DNA of 41,484 nucleotides from a virus (taxonomy: Duplodnaviria > Caudoviricetes): the IMG/VR virus record IMGVR_UViG_3300026541_000016, positions 1 to 41,484 of that record, one strand, 5' to 3'. The translations under genes and the position numbers were made by a program. The notes below the pieces were generated by a model, which was given only the letters and a program-made list of their open reading frames with translations, ran no database searches and was not told where the DNA came from. Shown piece after piece: positions 1-8,862 of this stretch. Numbering within the stretch: the stretch's first letter is position 1; each line of letters opens with the position of its first letter.

Positions 1-117
1 ATATTAAGCGTATCAATAACATGCGTAAACGCATGAGTAATGCTATCGGAACGGCTAAGGATTCAACTGACAGACGACAACTCATAAAGATGAAGGCCGG
101 GTTTGATGAGTTTTTAG
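1..117. repeat. Terminal overlap identical to 41368-41484 (circular assembly)
   Basis: Exact 117 bp identity between the two ends; one ORF reads through the join. Confidence 0.97.
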
Positions 118-890
118 ATAATGCAGTTAAAAATGCACTCTTTGAAGGTGACGAACAAGCACTTGCCTCATTAAGATCGTCTAATGCGTTATTTAGCGAA
201 TATGCAAGGAAATTCAGACCTCAACCCATAAGGACACGCGGAGGCAGAACAGTCGCAGATAAACCCGGTGAGTTTATTGATCGTATAGTGGCTGATAATC
301 CAACAGACGTTCAAGTCATGAACACATTATTTGGTGCCGCGAATAACTTTGGAAATAAGGCAGGTAAGTTTTTTGCTCAACGATTTAAAAAGATACTAGG
401 AGAAGACTCCCAAGAATGGAATGCTATCAAGCAATCAGCCTTTTTAAGATTCGTAAAGACTGATGCAGATGGAACCATAAAAGGTTTGCAATCTACCAAA
501 GCAATAGACAGAGCAATAAATGATAATCCTGAACTTATCAGAGAGATTTTTAACGCGAGAGAGATTGGATTATTTAGACGTTTTTTTGAACAAGCCAGGC
601 GCACACAGCCTGAAATTATAAGAGCCAGGGAAAACCCATCGGGCACTGCTGGGAAGCTCATCCAGTCATTTATGGATACCATTGCAAGAATGGGGCAAGT
701 TTTTGGTGTTGCAACAGGCAGCCCATTAACTGTGATAGGGGCTAAAGGGGTACAGTTAGGTCAGTCGTTTAGAGCAACCGCAAGAGCTAAAAGGTCGTTC
801 CGTCCATTCTCTAAAGTGAGAGATACAAGACCAGCATTAACAGCCGCAGGGACATCTGGCGCACTTTCAGCGGGCAATCAAATCCAATAG
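1..890 (+). CDS. 3' part of the gp16-like DNA ejection protein that starts at 39969
   Basis: ATG 21 equals ATG 41388, which is in frame with ATG 39969 (473 codons upstream); about 762 aa in total. Confidence 0.75.
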   Translation, partial: IKRINNMRKRMSNAIGTAKDSTDRRQLIKMKAGFDEFLDNAVKNALFEGDEQALASLRSSNALFSEYARKFRPQPIRTRGGRTVADKPGEFIDRIVADNPTDVQVMNTLFGAANNFGNKAGKFFAQRFKKILGEDSQEWNAIKQSAFLRFVKTDADGTIKGLQSTKAIDRAINDNPELIREIFNAREIGLFRRFFEQARRTQPEIIRARENPSGTAGKLIQSFMDTIARMGQVFGVATGSPLTVIGAKGVQLGQSFRATARAKRSFRPFSKVRDTRPALTAAGTSGALSAGNQIQ

Positions 891-1063
891 CCTTTCTTGA
901 TTCTTATATAAATTGCAATAGAAAGTAGAATCACAATAGGAAGACTTAACCCCCACAGTCCAAACGCTTGATACAGTCCGTATAAAATAGCGAGCGCAAT
1001 AATAGACCGCAGGGTTGGTCGCTCGATAAAGTCTAAAAGTTTTATTAAAAGTTTTCTAAACAT
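878..1063 (-). CDS. Small two-TM membrane protein, possibly superinfection exclusion
   Basis: Two hydrophobic segments; antisense gene after the last ejection gene, the position of P22 sieA. Confidence 0.5.
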   Translation of the reverse strand: MFRKLLIKLLDFIERPTLRSIIALAILYGLYQAFGLWGLSLPIVILLSIAIYIRIKKGYWI

Positions 1064-1111
1064 ATCACGGCTTCTTTTTATTAACAGTACATTAACTATG
1101 GTTATTAAATA

Positions 1112-3154
1112 ATGGCTTTTACTCCTATCGCATTAACAGTACCACAATACTCAGCAGGCAATCCAGCCTTGCCCGCGTCTGGATGGGTATTGAAAGCCTA
1201 CAAAGCCGGTACCACGACTGTACTGCAAATGGCCACAGATAGCACGGGTTTAACATTAGTCAATGATATCGTTTTAAACGCGGAAGGTGAGCCGGAAGTC
1301 ACCTCGAATGTTGTTATCCCTCATATTAACGAATCCTTCAAACTTGCATTATACCCCACACAAGCCGCCGCTGATGCCAACACAGGGGCAAGATGGAATC
1401 CTGATAATCTCACCGCGACAGGCATTTCTGCGAGTATTGTTGATACCCTTGCTACCCTCCCACTTTTAAGGGCTTTTACCGGAACTGCCACATCTATAAT
1501 TCTACAAGGCAGTGTCACAGCCGGGGATGGGCAAGGGGCGTTATATCGTCTTGTCACAGGTTCACCGCCTGCGACGTTTGTCGATGATGGTGCCGGGACA
1601 ATTGTTCCCACGGGCGGCGATGGGTCAAGTGCGTGGCTTTCTGTTGCTCAGATTATTTATGATTCCAACAGAAATGAAGTCTTAAAATTTGGGGCAACGG
1701 CCGCCGCAGTCAATGAACTCACTATCACAAATGCAGCAACAGCGAATAATCCATCAATAGGAGGCACTGGCACCGATACCAATATAGGAACAGACATTGT
1801 ATTAAAAGGCACAGGCAAATTTAATTCCCCCAATATACGTCTTACAGACACAGGCGATGTGAGTTTATCTTCCACTGCACATGCATTTCAAATAGGGTTA
1901 AGCACTGGATTAAATATTGGCGCAGATGCCAATGAAATTATGGCGAGAAATAATGGAGCCATATCTGTGCTTGGTCTAAATAACGATGGTGGCGATGTTA
2001 ATATGCGCAGTGCAGCGCAAGGACTTACTTTTACAGATACTGAAATTAAAGTCGCAAGTCCCTCCGCTGACAGACCCTTTACCTTAACCCCTAAAGGCGC
2101 CGCCGGGTTAAGGGTCAATGATGGCAGTAGCTTAAGAACTTTTGTGACAAGTCCCGGCGTAGCAAGCGCTGTCAATTGGCTAACCTTTACAAATTCTGCA
2201 ACAGGGAATGGACCCATTATCGGTTCAGACGGGGAAGCAAATGTTGATATAAATATAACGCCAAATGGCACAGGGAAAGTTGTTATTACTGCTGCATTAG
2301 ATTGTGGAGTACTCACATCCACAGGCATAGATGATAATGCAACTATTATAGCGATGACTATAGATTCTGCTGAAAGAGTTTTAATTAACAAAACAGTTAA
2401 TGATCCAAATGTGAAAGGCGTTGAACTAGGAGGTATATCAGGAAACGGTGGCGTTATTACCACGTCTGACGGTAGTTTTCCGCTCGTCGTCAATAGACTC
2501 ACCGACGATGGAGCATTGACTCAATATCGACAAGATAATGTTACCGAAGGAATTGTTTCTGTTTCCGGTACCACAGTCACGTATGGTGCGTTTTGTGGCG
2601 CGCATTGGTCACAACTTTTCGATCTCTCTAATCCTGATATTCCTAAAGGCACAGTTGTGTCAACCATTGATGAAATGTGTGAATGGTATGCAGAGGAGTG
2701 GAAGGAAGAGAATGAAAACGGCGAAATAATAAAACATTACGAAAATGTACCAAAAACCAACATCTCTAATCCTGATGCAAATGGCGATAGAACAGACAGA
2801 CGAAAAGGGACTGTGTTAAGCGAGGTAAATGGAGTCAAGCAAATCAGGGAAGACAATGACCAACTTGTAAAATTTAAAATATCCGATGTTCCGGGAGATA
2901 AGCGCGTCTATGGTATTTTCGGTAATTGGGAAGAAGATGGTGACGCAAATATCCATTCCCTTGGCGCAACAGTCGCTAGAGTCACAGGCCCGTGTCATGG
3001 CGGCGATCTTTTAGAAAGCGCAGGAGATGGTACAGCCAGAGTACAAACAGATGACTTGATTCGTTCGAGTACGCTTGGCAAAGTGAATCTCGGTTTTCCA
3101 AACGCAGCACAAACCGATGAAAATTTAGTTCCAGTTTCTTTGTATCCTGGCTAA
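1112..3154 (+). CDS. Tail fibre/tailspike with N-terminal virion-binding domain and C-terminal chaperone-like domain
   Basis: G/T/A/N-rich; internal repeat AVNxLTxTNxATxNxPxI...GTGK twice; C-terminal GDLLES..Q.DD.IRS.T.GKV; follows the ejection genes. Confidence 0.8.
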   Translation: MAFTPIALTVPQYSAGNPALPASGWVLKAYKAGTTTVLQMATDSTGLTLVNDIVLNAEGEPEVTSNVVIPHINESFKLALYPTQAAADANTGARWNPDNLTATGISASIVDTLATLPLLRAFTGTATSIILQGSVTAGDGQGALYRLVTGSPPATFVDDGAGTIVPTGGDGSSAWLSVAQIIYDSNRNEVLKFGATAAAVNELTITNAATANNPSIGGTGTDTNIGTDIVLKGTGKFNSPNIRLTDTGDVSLSSTAHAFQIGLSTGLNIGADANEIMARNNGAISVLGLNNDGGDVNMRSAAQGLTFTDTEIKVASPSADRPFTLTPKGAAGLRVNDGSSLRTFVTSPGVASAVNWLTFTNSATGNGPIIGSDGEANVDINITPNGTGKVVITAALDCGVLTSTGIDDNATIIAMTIDSAERVLINKTVNDPNVKGVELGGISGNGGVITTSDGSFPLVVNRLTDDGALTQYRQDNVTEGIVSVSGTTVTYGAFCGAHWSQLFDLSNPDIPKGTVVSTIDEMCEWYAEEWKEENENGEIIKHYENVPKTNISNPDANGDRTDRRKGTVLSEVNGVKQIREDNDQLVKFKISDVPGDKRVYGIFGNWEEDGDANIHSLGATVARVTGPCHGGDLLESAGDGTARVQTDDLIRSSTLGKVNLGFPNAAQTDENLVPVSLYPG

Positions 3155-3158
3155 ATAT

Positions 3159-3437
3159 CTACCATGTCTTTCTGTATTTGATCCATAGCGGCTGTAGTCC
3201 TTTGTTGTCGTCTGTTTTATCAGAAAGACTGCTAATGTGCTGGATGGAAGTACAGATTTCTTTTACAAAAATCCCACAATAGCCTATCTCAAGACTACCA
3301 AGGGGTTCTTTGTAACCTATCTCTGAATGTTCGGTTTCATGAGTCCCCCCAATACGCATACCCAGTCCGATTTCAGCGTAGAACTCGCCTGCGTTGGCGT
3401 AGATAGGAATAAGTAATATAAGTAATAATTTTTTCAT
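3159..3437 (-). CDS. Small exported beta-strand (outer-membrane-like) protein
   Basis: Signal peptide MKKLLLILLIPIYANA, alternating beta strands, HISS motif, C-terminal YRKTW. Confidence 0.6.
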   Translation of the reverse strand: MKKLLLILLIPIYANAGEFYAEIGLGMRIGGTHETEHSEIGYKEPLGSLEIGYCGIFVKEICTSIQHISSLSDKTDDNKGLQPLWIKYRKTW

Positions 3438-3454
3438 GATGGAAATCCTCAAGT

Positions 3455-3721
3455 ATGAAAAACGGTACGACGATTAGATGGGCCATAGGCATATCAATTA
3501 CGATCTTAGTTTTATTTACTTATGTCATCACTGCATCCGTTACGGCACAAAATAACATTACACAACTGCAAACAAAAGATGTTGAATTGAAAAAGGTTGT
3601 TGACGCTCATAATGATAGGATATTAAGAATAGAAATAGAAGCCGGACGGGCAGACGAACGACAACTTTCCATTATGAAATCTCTTGGTGAGATTGAAGAG
3701 TTTATAAGGACAGGAAGATGA
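3455..3721 (+). CDS. TM plus coiled-coil protein, lysis-associated (holin/XhlA-like architecture)
   Basis: One N-terminal TM helix, then heptad-rich helix; coupled to the next gene. Confidence 0.5.
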   Translation: MKNGTTIRWAIGISITILVLFTYVITASVTAQNNITQLQTKDVELKKVVDAHNDRILRIEIEAGRADERQLSIMKSLGEIEEFIRTGR

Positions 3722-4080
3722 TAGGCGCAATCATGCAAGGGCTCAGTCTTATTGGTAATTTAGGCGGTAAGTTAATCGAGGACAAAGACAAGCGAACGGA
3801 GTATGCCTTTAAGACTCAAGAACTCGCCTTTCGCGCCATGGAGGTGATGTTAAACACCAAGACGGTTCCCTGGGTCGACGCCACTATAAAGTTAATGTAT
3901 GCTTGCAAAACATTCATACGCCCTGTTGGCTCAACGGTCATGGCGGGCTTTGCCGCGTATTGTGCAGTGAAACAAATACCCTTGCCTGAGTATGTTCAGG
4001 TAATGTTATACGGTGCCCCTGTCGCTTGGGGTGCTTCACGACACGCAGAAAAGAAGCGTAAACCGGAGGATTGGGAATGA
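3718..4080 (+). CDS. Holin-like membrane protein (3TM holin-like)
   Basis: N-terminal amphipathic helix, IRP before a TM segment, WGASR.AEK ending. Confidence 0.6.
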   Translation: MIGAIMQGLSLIGNLGGKLIEDKDKRTEYAFKTQELAFRAMEVMLNTKTVPWVDATIKLMYACKTFIRPVGSTVMAGFAAYCAVKQIPLPEYVQVMLYGAPVAWGASRHAEKKRKPEDWE

Positions 4081-4094
4081 CTGAATTATCACTG

Positions 4095-4376
4095 CTATGA
4101 AATATCTACATCAAAAACAAGCATCTTCTCTTCGCCAAAAGTATAACATTTAACGCTTTTTATATCCTGAAATTGAAATTCCCACATTGCGAAAAGTGGG
4201 ATATCATCTGGATAATTCTGTAAGCATTTTTTCATATCGCCTACTAACATTCTTCGACCACACCCTAAATACATTAAGTTAGGTCTTATTGCATCCGGTG
4301 GCGACTTATCCGTTGTTGGCGCTATTGATTCTATTACCTTTCCCAATAAAATGCTGGGCCGTTGATTTGCTTTCAT
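4095..4376 (-). CDS. Hypothetical protein
   Basis: ATGA overlap with the csrA stop codon. Confidence 0.6.
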   Translation of the reverse strand: MKANQRPSILLGKVIESIAPTTDKSPPDAIRPNLMYLGCGRRMLVGDMKKCLQNYPDDIPLFAMWEFQFQDIKSVKCYTFGEEKMLVFDVDIS

Positions 4377-4546
4377 TCTTTTCCCTCATTCAATATTTTT
4401 TTATAAATCTCCTCTCTATGGACAGGGATCTTTTTGGGTGCATCAATACCAATGCGCACCTGATTACCATCGACATGTAAAATTTTAACCACCACATCAT
4501 CGCCTATCATTAGCGCCTCTCCGGCACGTCTAGTCAGTATTAACAT
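4373..4546 (-). CDS. csrA: Carbon storage regulator CsrA/RsmA, 57 aa (absent from the ORF track)
   Basis: Hand translation [57 protein letters not shown]; R44 conserved; SD AAGGAG. Confidence 0.95.
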   Translation of the reverse strand: MLILTRRAGEALMIGDDVVVKILHVDGNQVRIGIDAPKKIPVHREEIYKKILNEGKE

Positions 4547-4563
4547 GTTATCTCCTTAATTTA

Positions 4564-4643
4564 GTGCCAGTCTATTCGGCAAACTCCCACCGGCTAGGAG
4601 CTCGTATCAACATCCCAGAAGAGATGTCCCTTGCCTTATTTCT
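4564..4643 (-). ncRNA. Putative structured RNA, copy L (three-way junction plus pseudoknot), leader of csrA
   Basis: Homologous to 17124-17204 with stem-preserving substitutions. Confidence 0.7.
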
Positions 4644-4645
4644 TT

Positions 4646-4879
4646 TTAGGTGCTCTCAGCCGGACCCTCATATTCATTAAAGACAATATCTTCGGTTATA
4701 TAGATCTTATCTATTTCTTCTTTATCTTCTAAAGATATTTCTACAGGTATCATCCCAAAATGTCTTAATCTTAAAACCTTTCCATCTGTGGCACACCAAA
4801 TCGTTAAGTTTTTAAATATCAAACTTATATATTTCCACTCAATATCATCATCATCTACCATTTTATTATTCATTTTCAT
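4646..4879 (-). CDS. Hypothetical acidic protein
   Basis: ORF with SD, overlapping the upstream RHH gene. Confidence 0.55.
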   Translation of the reverse strand: MKMNNKMVDDDDIEWKYISLIFKNLTIWCATDGKVLRLRHFGMIPVEISLEDKEEIDKIYITEDIVFNEYEGPAEST

Positions 4880-5042
4880 TTCTCCTTTTTGACCTCGAAA
4901 ACGGACTATTTAAAGCTAGTTCTACTATTTTTATTCTGCACCAATCTGATAAACTACGATTATCAGCCGCCGCAAAATTCTGAAGTAACTTTTTTTCCTC
5001 TTCCGTTACTTTTATATGGATTGATTCAGTTCTACGTTCCAT
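4866..5042 (-). CDS. Ribbon-helix-helix DNA-binding protein
   Basis: RTESIHIKVTEEEKKLLQNFAAADNRSLSDWCR fits the RHH pattern; likely start ATG 5042. Confidence 0.75.
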   Translation of the reverse strand: MERRTESIHIKVTEEEKKLLQNFAAADNRSLSDWCRIKIVELALNSPFSRSKRRNENE

Positions 5043-5068
5043 ATCACTATAATAGCATAGTATCACAT

Positions 5069-5096
5069 ATTATATAATACTTTGTAGTTCTATCAA
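5069..5096 (-). promoter_or_regulatory. Putative sigma70 promoter of the RHH-csrA operon
   Basis: TTGATA-N16-TATAAT on the minus strand. Confidence 0.45.
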
Positions 5097-5100
5097 TCAG

Positions 5101-5326
5101 TGTCTAATATCCTGTCTAATCTAATTATAAGTTGTTGATTTTATTGACACTCGAATTTATAAAGTATTAGACAATAATTGCTTAAGTGTATGATTATTAA
5201 CACAATCATTTCGGATTGTGATTCCGGCCGTCGTGGGTTCGAGTCCCATCGTTCACCCCATCTACAGCGGGTTTGCGGGTTAGCAGATACTAACCATTGT
5301 CTAAAATATTACGGATTGTCTAATAT
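5101..5326. mobile_element. attP: core plus integrase arm-type repeats and IHF sites
   Basis: TGTCTAA(T/A) at 5101, 5113, 5298, 5317 and inverted at 5165-5173; IHF consensus TAAGTTGTTGATT 5128-5140; near-match 5183-5195. Confidence 0.85.
5212..5260 (+). other. attP core: 3' half of tRNA-His(GUG)
   Basis: CGGATTGTGATTCCGG anticodon arm, GGTTCGAGTCC T-arm, CACCCCA end; no D-arm or 5' acceptor strand. Confidence 0.92.
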
Positions 5327-6289
5327 TTTTGGAGATATCGGCGTCACTTGAGTCGGTTTGCGGCGATAATGCCGCTCTCTAACCCTGGTGTCTTGGTGTC
5401 CTAAGATCTCGCCTGTTACGTGGTCTGAGCCTGTCTTACCACGGATATCCCTCCACTGATAACTTTCAATTCCTTTGTCCTTAACGGCCTTATCTATCAG
5501 CCTTCTCCATATTGACTGAAATCCGCTTGATGAGTACTTTTGTCCTTGCCGGGTACATATCAAATGAATACCGCTAATATCCCCTCTCAATGATTTAGCC
5601 TCTTGTACAAACTTTTCTAAAAGAGGTGTCCATTCAAATAGCAATACTTTGCCTGTTTTTTGCGATTTAACCATAAGCCCCTCATCTGTGCAGTCTTGGC
5701 GGCGAAGATCTAGGATGTCTCGTTGTCTGAGTCCTGTCACCAATGCTAGTCCCATGGCTATTTTCATAAACGGAGAGGCCAGGTTATACACAATCATAAA
5801 TTCCTCATCTGTGACATAGCGATCCCTTGGCTTTTCAGGATTGGCCTGGACAAGTCTGCAAGGGTTTGTCGTTGTCGCCCCCCATCGGATGGCCTTAGTA
5901 AAGACATGTGATAATAGGGATTTCTCACGATTCGCCCTCACAGGCGGTCTAGTGTCCATATAGGCGTATATATCTTGGGGTTCTATGTCATCAGGGGGCA
6001 TGTGGCCAAAGACGGATTTAAGCAAGCCAATCTCTATCAGGTTATCTAGCTGTGTCCGTGGGGCCTTAGTCGGGATTATGTCTGTCAGATAGCGATCCAT
6101 AATCTGCCCCATGGTAGTGAGGGGGAATGGTCGCGTGTTTAAATCAGCATATTTGATTAAAGCAACTTGGTAATCTTTGCCTAATGGATGCCAAACGCTT
6201 GTTTTATCAACAAAATAATAAGCGCTATGCTTAAAATACATCCTTGCCGGCAGGTCATGGCGGATTTTTCTTCTTCTCCCCATACTCAT
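5309..6289 (-). CDS. int: Tyrosine integrase
   Basis: TGLR, KTGK, RDIR (HxxR variant), LGH and HYRR motifs; adjacent to attP. Confidence 0.95.
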   Translation of the reverse strand: MSMGRRRKIRHDLPARMYFKHSAYYFVDKTSVWHPLGKDYQVALIKYADLNTRPFPLTTMGQIMDRYLTDIIPTKAPRTQLDNLIEIGLLKSVFGHMPPDDIEPQDIYAYMDTRPPVRANREKSLLSHVFTKAIRWGATTTNPCRLVQANPEKPRDRYVTDEEFMIVYNLASPFMKIAMGLALVTGLRQRDILDLRRQDCTDEGLMVKSQKTGKVLLFEWTPLLEKFVQEAKSLRGDISGIHLICTRQGQKYSSSGFQSIWRRLIDKAVKDKGIESYQWRDIRGKTGSDHVTGEILGHQDTRVRERHYRRKPTQVTPISPKILDNP

Positions 6290-6292
6290 AAT

Positions 6293-6499
6293 CTATTCCT
6301 TTTTTCGGATAGCGTCTAGATTCGGCATGGTTTTCTGGCGTGTTTTTTCGTTTTCAAAGACACAGCGCGGGACTCTTGGATATCCATCAGCGGCGACAAA
6401 GAAGCGGATACCGTATGTCTTTAGCTGTTTAATCATCTTACTTGGCCACTGATAGCCGGTAAGCTCTGTTAATTCTTCGTTATTAAGAAAGAGAGTCAT
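6293..6499 (-). CDS. Excisionase-like protein (DUF4224-like)
   Basis: FL...EL.ELTGY......L...GI.F....DG.P.V pattern immediately upstream of int. Confidence 0.8.
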   Translation of the reverse strand: MTLFLNNEELTELTGYQWPSKMIKQLKTYGIRFFVAADGYPRVPRCVFENEKTRQKTMPNLDAIRKKE

Positions 6500-6514
6500 A
6501 GGGCTTCTTGTCGA

Positions 6515-6706
6515 TTAAGGGATTTCATTATCCATTACGCTATTAAAGGCGAGCACCATCGCTCGAATACATTTATCATTATCTTGTAACCATTGCCCCC
6601 ATTCTTGCTTGCATTTAGGGCAAAGTTCACCATTACCGGGAGCTGTATGGCCAGTCATTATATAAAATGCCTCTGCTTTAACTTTATAGATGTCATTCTT
6701 GTTCAT
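6515..6706 (-). CDS. Hypothetical protein
   Basis: ORF in the leftward operon; likely start MNKNDIY after GGAGGG. Confidence 0.5.
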   Translation of the reverse strand: MNKNDIYKVKAEAFYIMTGHTAPGNGELCPKCKQEWGQWLQDNDKCIRAMVLAFNSVMDNEIP

Positions 6707-6763
6707 CAAACCCTCCCAACGCACACACCTGCTGTGCGGCAAAGAGTCTTTGTTCAGGCGTTG

Positions 6764-7156
6764 TCATAGATACACTAATGATTCTAGTTGCTCAATAACC
6801 GCCAGGACTTCTTTGGTACGACCTTCACGTATCAAAACTATAGGTTTTTCATTATTTAGAAGCTTATGGGGCAAGAAAAGCCATTGCTGAATTTCGTCTG
6901 GCGTGTAGAAAGCTGCTAATCTATTTTTAACCTCATCTATTTCTCTTAGCTTACGACAATTGTTTTTAAATTTCCTATCAAGAAACCAAATGCGGGTTTG
7001 CGCTATATTCTCTATCCAGGCATACACATTCTGTATAGGGCGCATAATATCTGTTTGGTAAGTGAGATAAACAGATACCCAAAAAGGGTGTTCATGGCTA
7101 TACCTCCACCATTTCCAACTAGTAATTATCCAATAGCGTCTTTGTTCAGTCATCAA
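6764..7156 (-). CDS. Protein with C-terminal Xre/MbcA/ParS antitoxin-like domain
   Basis: WLFLPHKLLNNEKPIVLIREGRTKEVLAVIEQLESLVY matches the WL..P...L....P..LI..G....V pattern. Confidence 0.7.
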   Translation of the reverse strand: MMTEQRRYWIITSWKWWRYSHEHPFWVSVYLTYQTDIMRPIQNVYAWIENIAQTRIWFLDRKFKNNCRKLREIDEVKNRLAAFYTPDEIQQWLFLPHKLLNNEKPIVLIREGRTKEVLAVIEQLESLVYL

Positions 7157-7340
7157 TGCTTACTCAACTATAGTATTAGAAAATATATAGATTAATGAAA
7201 GCGAAATTGCTGCAAAAACTATTGAAAGATAATAAATTGTAGCTATTACAATTCCTATTAATAATGTAACTAATATGAACATAGCTTGCCAAAGAGTAAT
7301 TAAAAAATCTATCGTATGCATGTAGTAGGTTTTAGGCACG

Positions 7341-7745
7341 TCAAAGCCCCTGAACATCTTCGCGTGGAAACCCCACCGCTCTAATAGATGTATCCCCAGC
7401 GGATAGCTGGTCGTAGCAACGCTGGGTACACAAGTACACAAAATCCTCGGATTCTTCCCATACCAGCCGGTCGAGTATCTTCCCACCGAATGCTACAACA
7501 CTAACGGATTTTCCACGGTTTTCTTTAGTGTAAGCCAAGATAGGGCCGCGAGAGACGATTGGCACACCTGTACCGTCGAACTCACCGCTCTCCCTGAAAA
7601 AATAATACTCAATACCATCAACTGTTATTGTTGAGTACCTTGGGGAGAGGGTGAGGGAGATTGTATTGCCTGTTTCGCTATCCCTATATAGGAATGGCTG
7701 TATTACGGCTATGTTGTGTTTGATAGAGAAATCACTGAAGTTCAT
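7341..7745 (-). CDS. Hypothetical protein
   Basis: ORF with SD, coupled to the upstream gene. Confidence 0.55.
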   Translation of the reverse strand: MNFSDFSIKHNIAVIQPFLYRDSETGNTISLTLSPRYSTITVDGIEYYFFRESGEFDGTGVPIVSRGPILAYTKENRGKSVSVVAFGGKILDRLVWEESEDFVYLCTQRCYDQLSAGDTSIRAVGFPREDVQGL

Positions 7746-7888
7746 TTTTTATCCTTCCTCTCTATATACTCGTCATAATGTTTATCACAAAAATATTTGG
7801 TGATCGGCATCTCTATCGGCGGCGATGTTTGACCCACTGTTACTTCATGTGTAAAGTCTTCGTCACATTCTTCACATACAGGGTGCAT
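7742..7888 (-). CDS. 48 aa Cys/His protein (absent from the ORF track)
   Basis: MHPVCEECDE...YFCDKH; stop-start overlaps at both ends. Confidence 0.55.
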   Translation of the reverse strand: MHPVCEECDEDFTHEVTVGQTSPPIEMPITKYFCDKHYDEYIERKDKK

Positions 7889-8139
7889 TATTTATCCTTC
7901 CTCTTTAAGCTGGCTCTTAACATGCGCCAGGGGATTTTGAAATTAATATGTACTTCGCCGTAATCGTCCTCATGGTCATAATATATATGTATTCCATATG
8001 CTTCTTCGTAATACCATGCATTGGAATTTATCTGTTTAGGCTCTAAGCTCAAATGTTTTTTAGCCATCATCAATCTCTCCATTGCACCTGGGACATAACA
8101 ATGCTTTATGTGCATCGTCTTCGCCTGCCGTGTAAGCAC
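7888..8139 (-). CDS. Hypothetical protein (true start probably near 8070)
   Basis: Operon packing. Confidence 0.5.
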   Translation of the reverse strand: MLTRQAKTMHIKHCYVPGAMERLMMAKKHLSLEPKQINSNAWYYEEAYGIHIYYDHEDDYGEVHINFKIPWRMLRASLKRKDK

Positions 8140-8239
8140 CCCCTTCTACGGGTATCACGTCCACTTTGCAGTGAGAGCATTGGACGGGCTTTTTAGATAA
8201 TCCAAACATATCCCAAAATTTAAAGCGGTTGATGGACAT
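8060..8239 (-). CDS. Small zinc-ribbon protein
   Basis: CSHC...CPRC; TAATG coupling with the exonuclease. Confidence 0.55.
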   Translation of the reverse strand: MSINRFKFWDMFGLSKKPVQCSHCKVDVIPVEGGAYTAGEDDAHKALLCPRCNGEIDDG

Positions 8240-8862
8240 TATGCGGCCTCTTTCCTGTTGATTAATATATCGCTTTGTTTGTCGAGATCTCTGCAAAATC
8301 TTATCAGCGCCAGTCTTAGTGTTTCTAGATCCTCCTCTACATCTTTCGCATACGTCCTAACAACGAATTTGTCCATATCCGGGTCATAACTTATAAAGTC
8401 CCACCAGTCACGGCCTGTGACTAACAATGACCCAAGCACCTGTAATCTGTGTTTTGTTGGCAGTTTATTCGCGAGCTGGTATCCAACATGCACGCCAGGT
8501 GATGGACATTTTATCTCGGTTCCGCCGTCCTCATTAATTAACGAATCAGGGCTACATCCATAGCGCTTGGAATCGTGCAAACAGAATCCGACTTGCTGAG
8601 GGTTACAGTCGTATTTAAAACCATACCAGTCACGCGCTTCCTCCTCAACTTCGTGACCTCTTTTCATCCAATCTGATTGGAACCCATCGTCCGGTTTTCT
8701 TCTAATTTGTTCTGCTAATAATTTATTACGGTATGTCGTTGCAGACTTTGAATAGTCTAATTTTGCCGGTGTGATAATATAGTCGAAGTTCGACGCTGAC
8801 GGAATTCCAAGCTTGGCATTCCACCATTCATCTGTGCCTTGGATACAATCAACTATCAACAC
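8239..8862 (-). CDS. YqaJ/lambda-exonuclease family protein
   Basis: QGTDEW...LG..SAS, RG.E.E..AR, GCSPD, EIKCP motifs. Confidence 0.93.
   Translation of the reverse strand: MLIVDCIQGTDEWWNAKLGIPSASNFDYIITPAKLDYSKSATTYRNKLLAEQIRRKPDDGFQSDWMKRGHEVEEEARDWYGFKYDCNPQQVGFCLHDSKRYGCSPDSLINEDGGTEIKCPSPGVHVGYQLANKLPTKHRLQVLGSLLVTGRDWWDFISYDPDMDKFVVRTYAKDVEEDLETLRLALIRFCRDLDKQSDILINRKEAA

Noticed and set aside
4564-4643. Hammerhead, HDV-like, twister or c-di-GMP assignment for the duplicated RNA
   Set aside because: The core consensus sequences of these families are not evident by eye; left unassigned
4646-5042. Type II toxin-antitoxin pair (RHH plus downstream gene)
   Set aside because: The downstream protein is acidic and shows no RelE, PIN or GNAT motif; unsupported
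5185-5260. Complete phage tRNA-His gene
   Set aside because: No D-arm or 5' acceptor strand; it is the attP core
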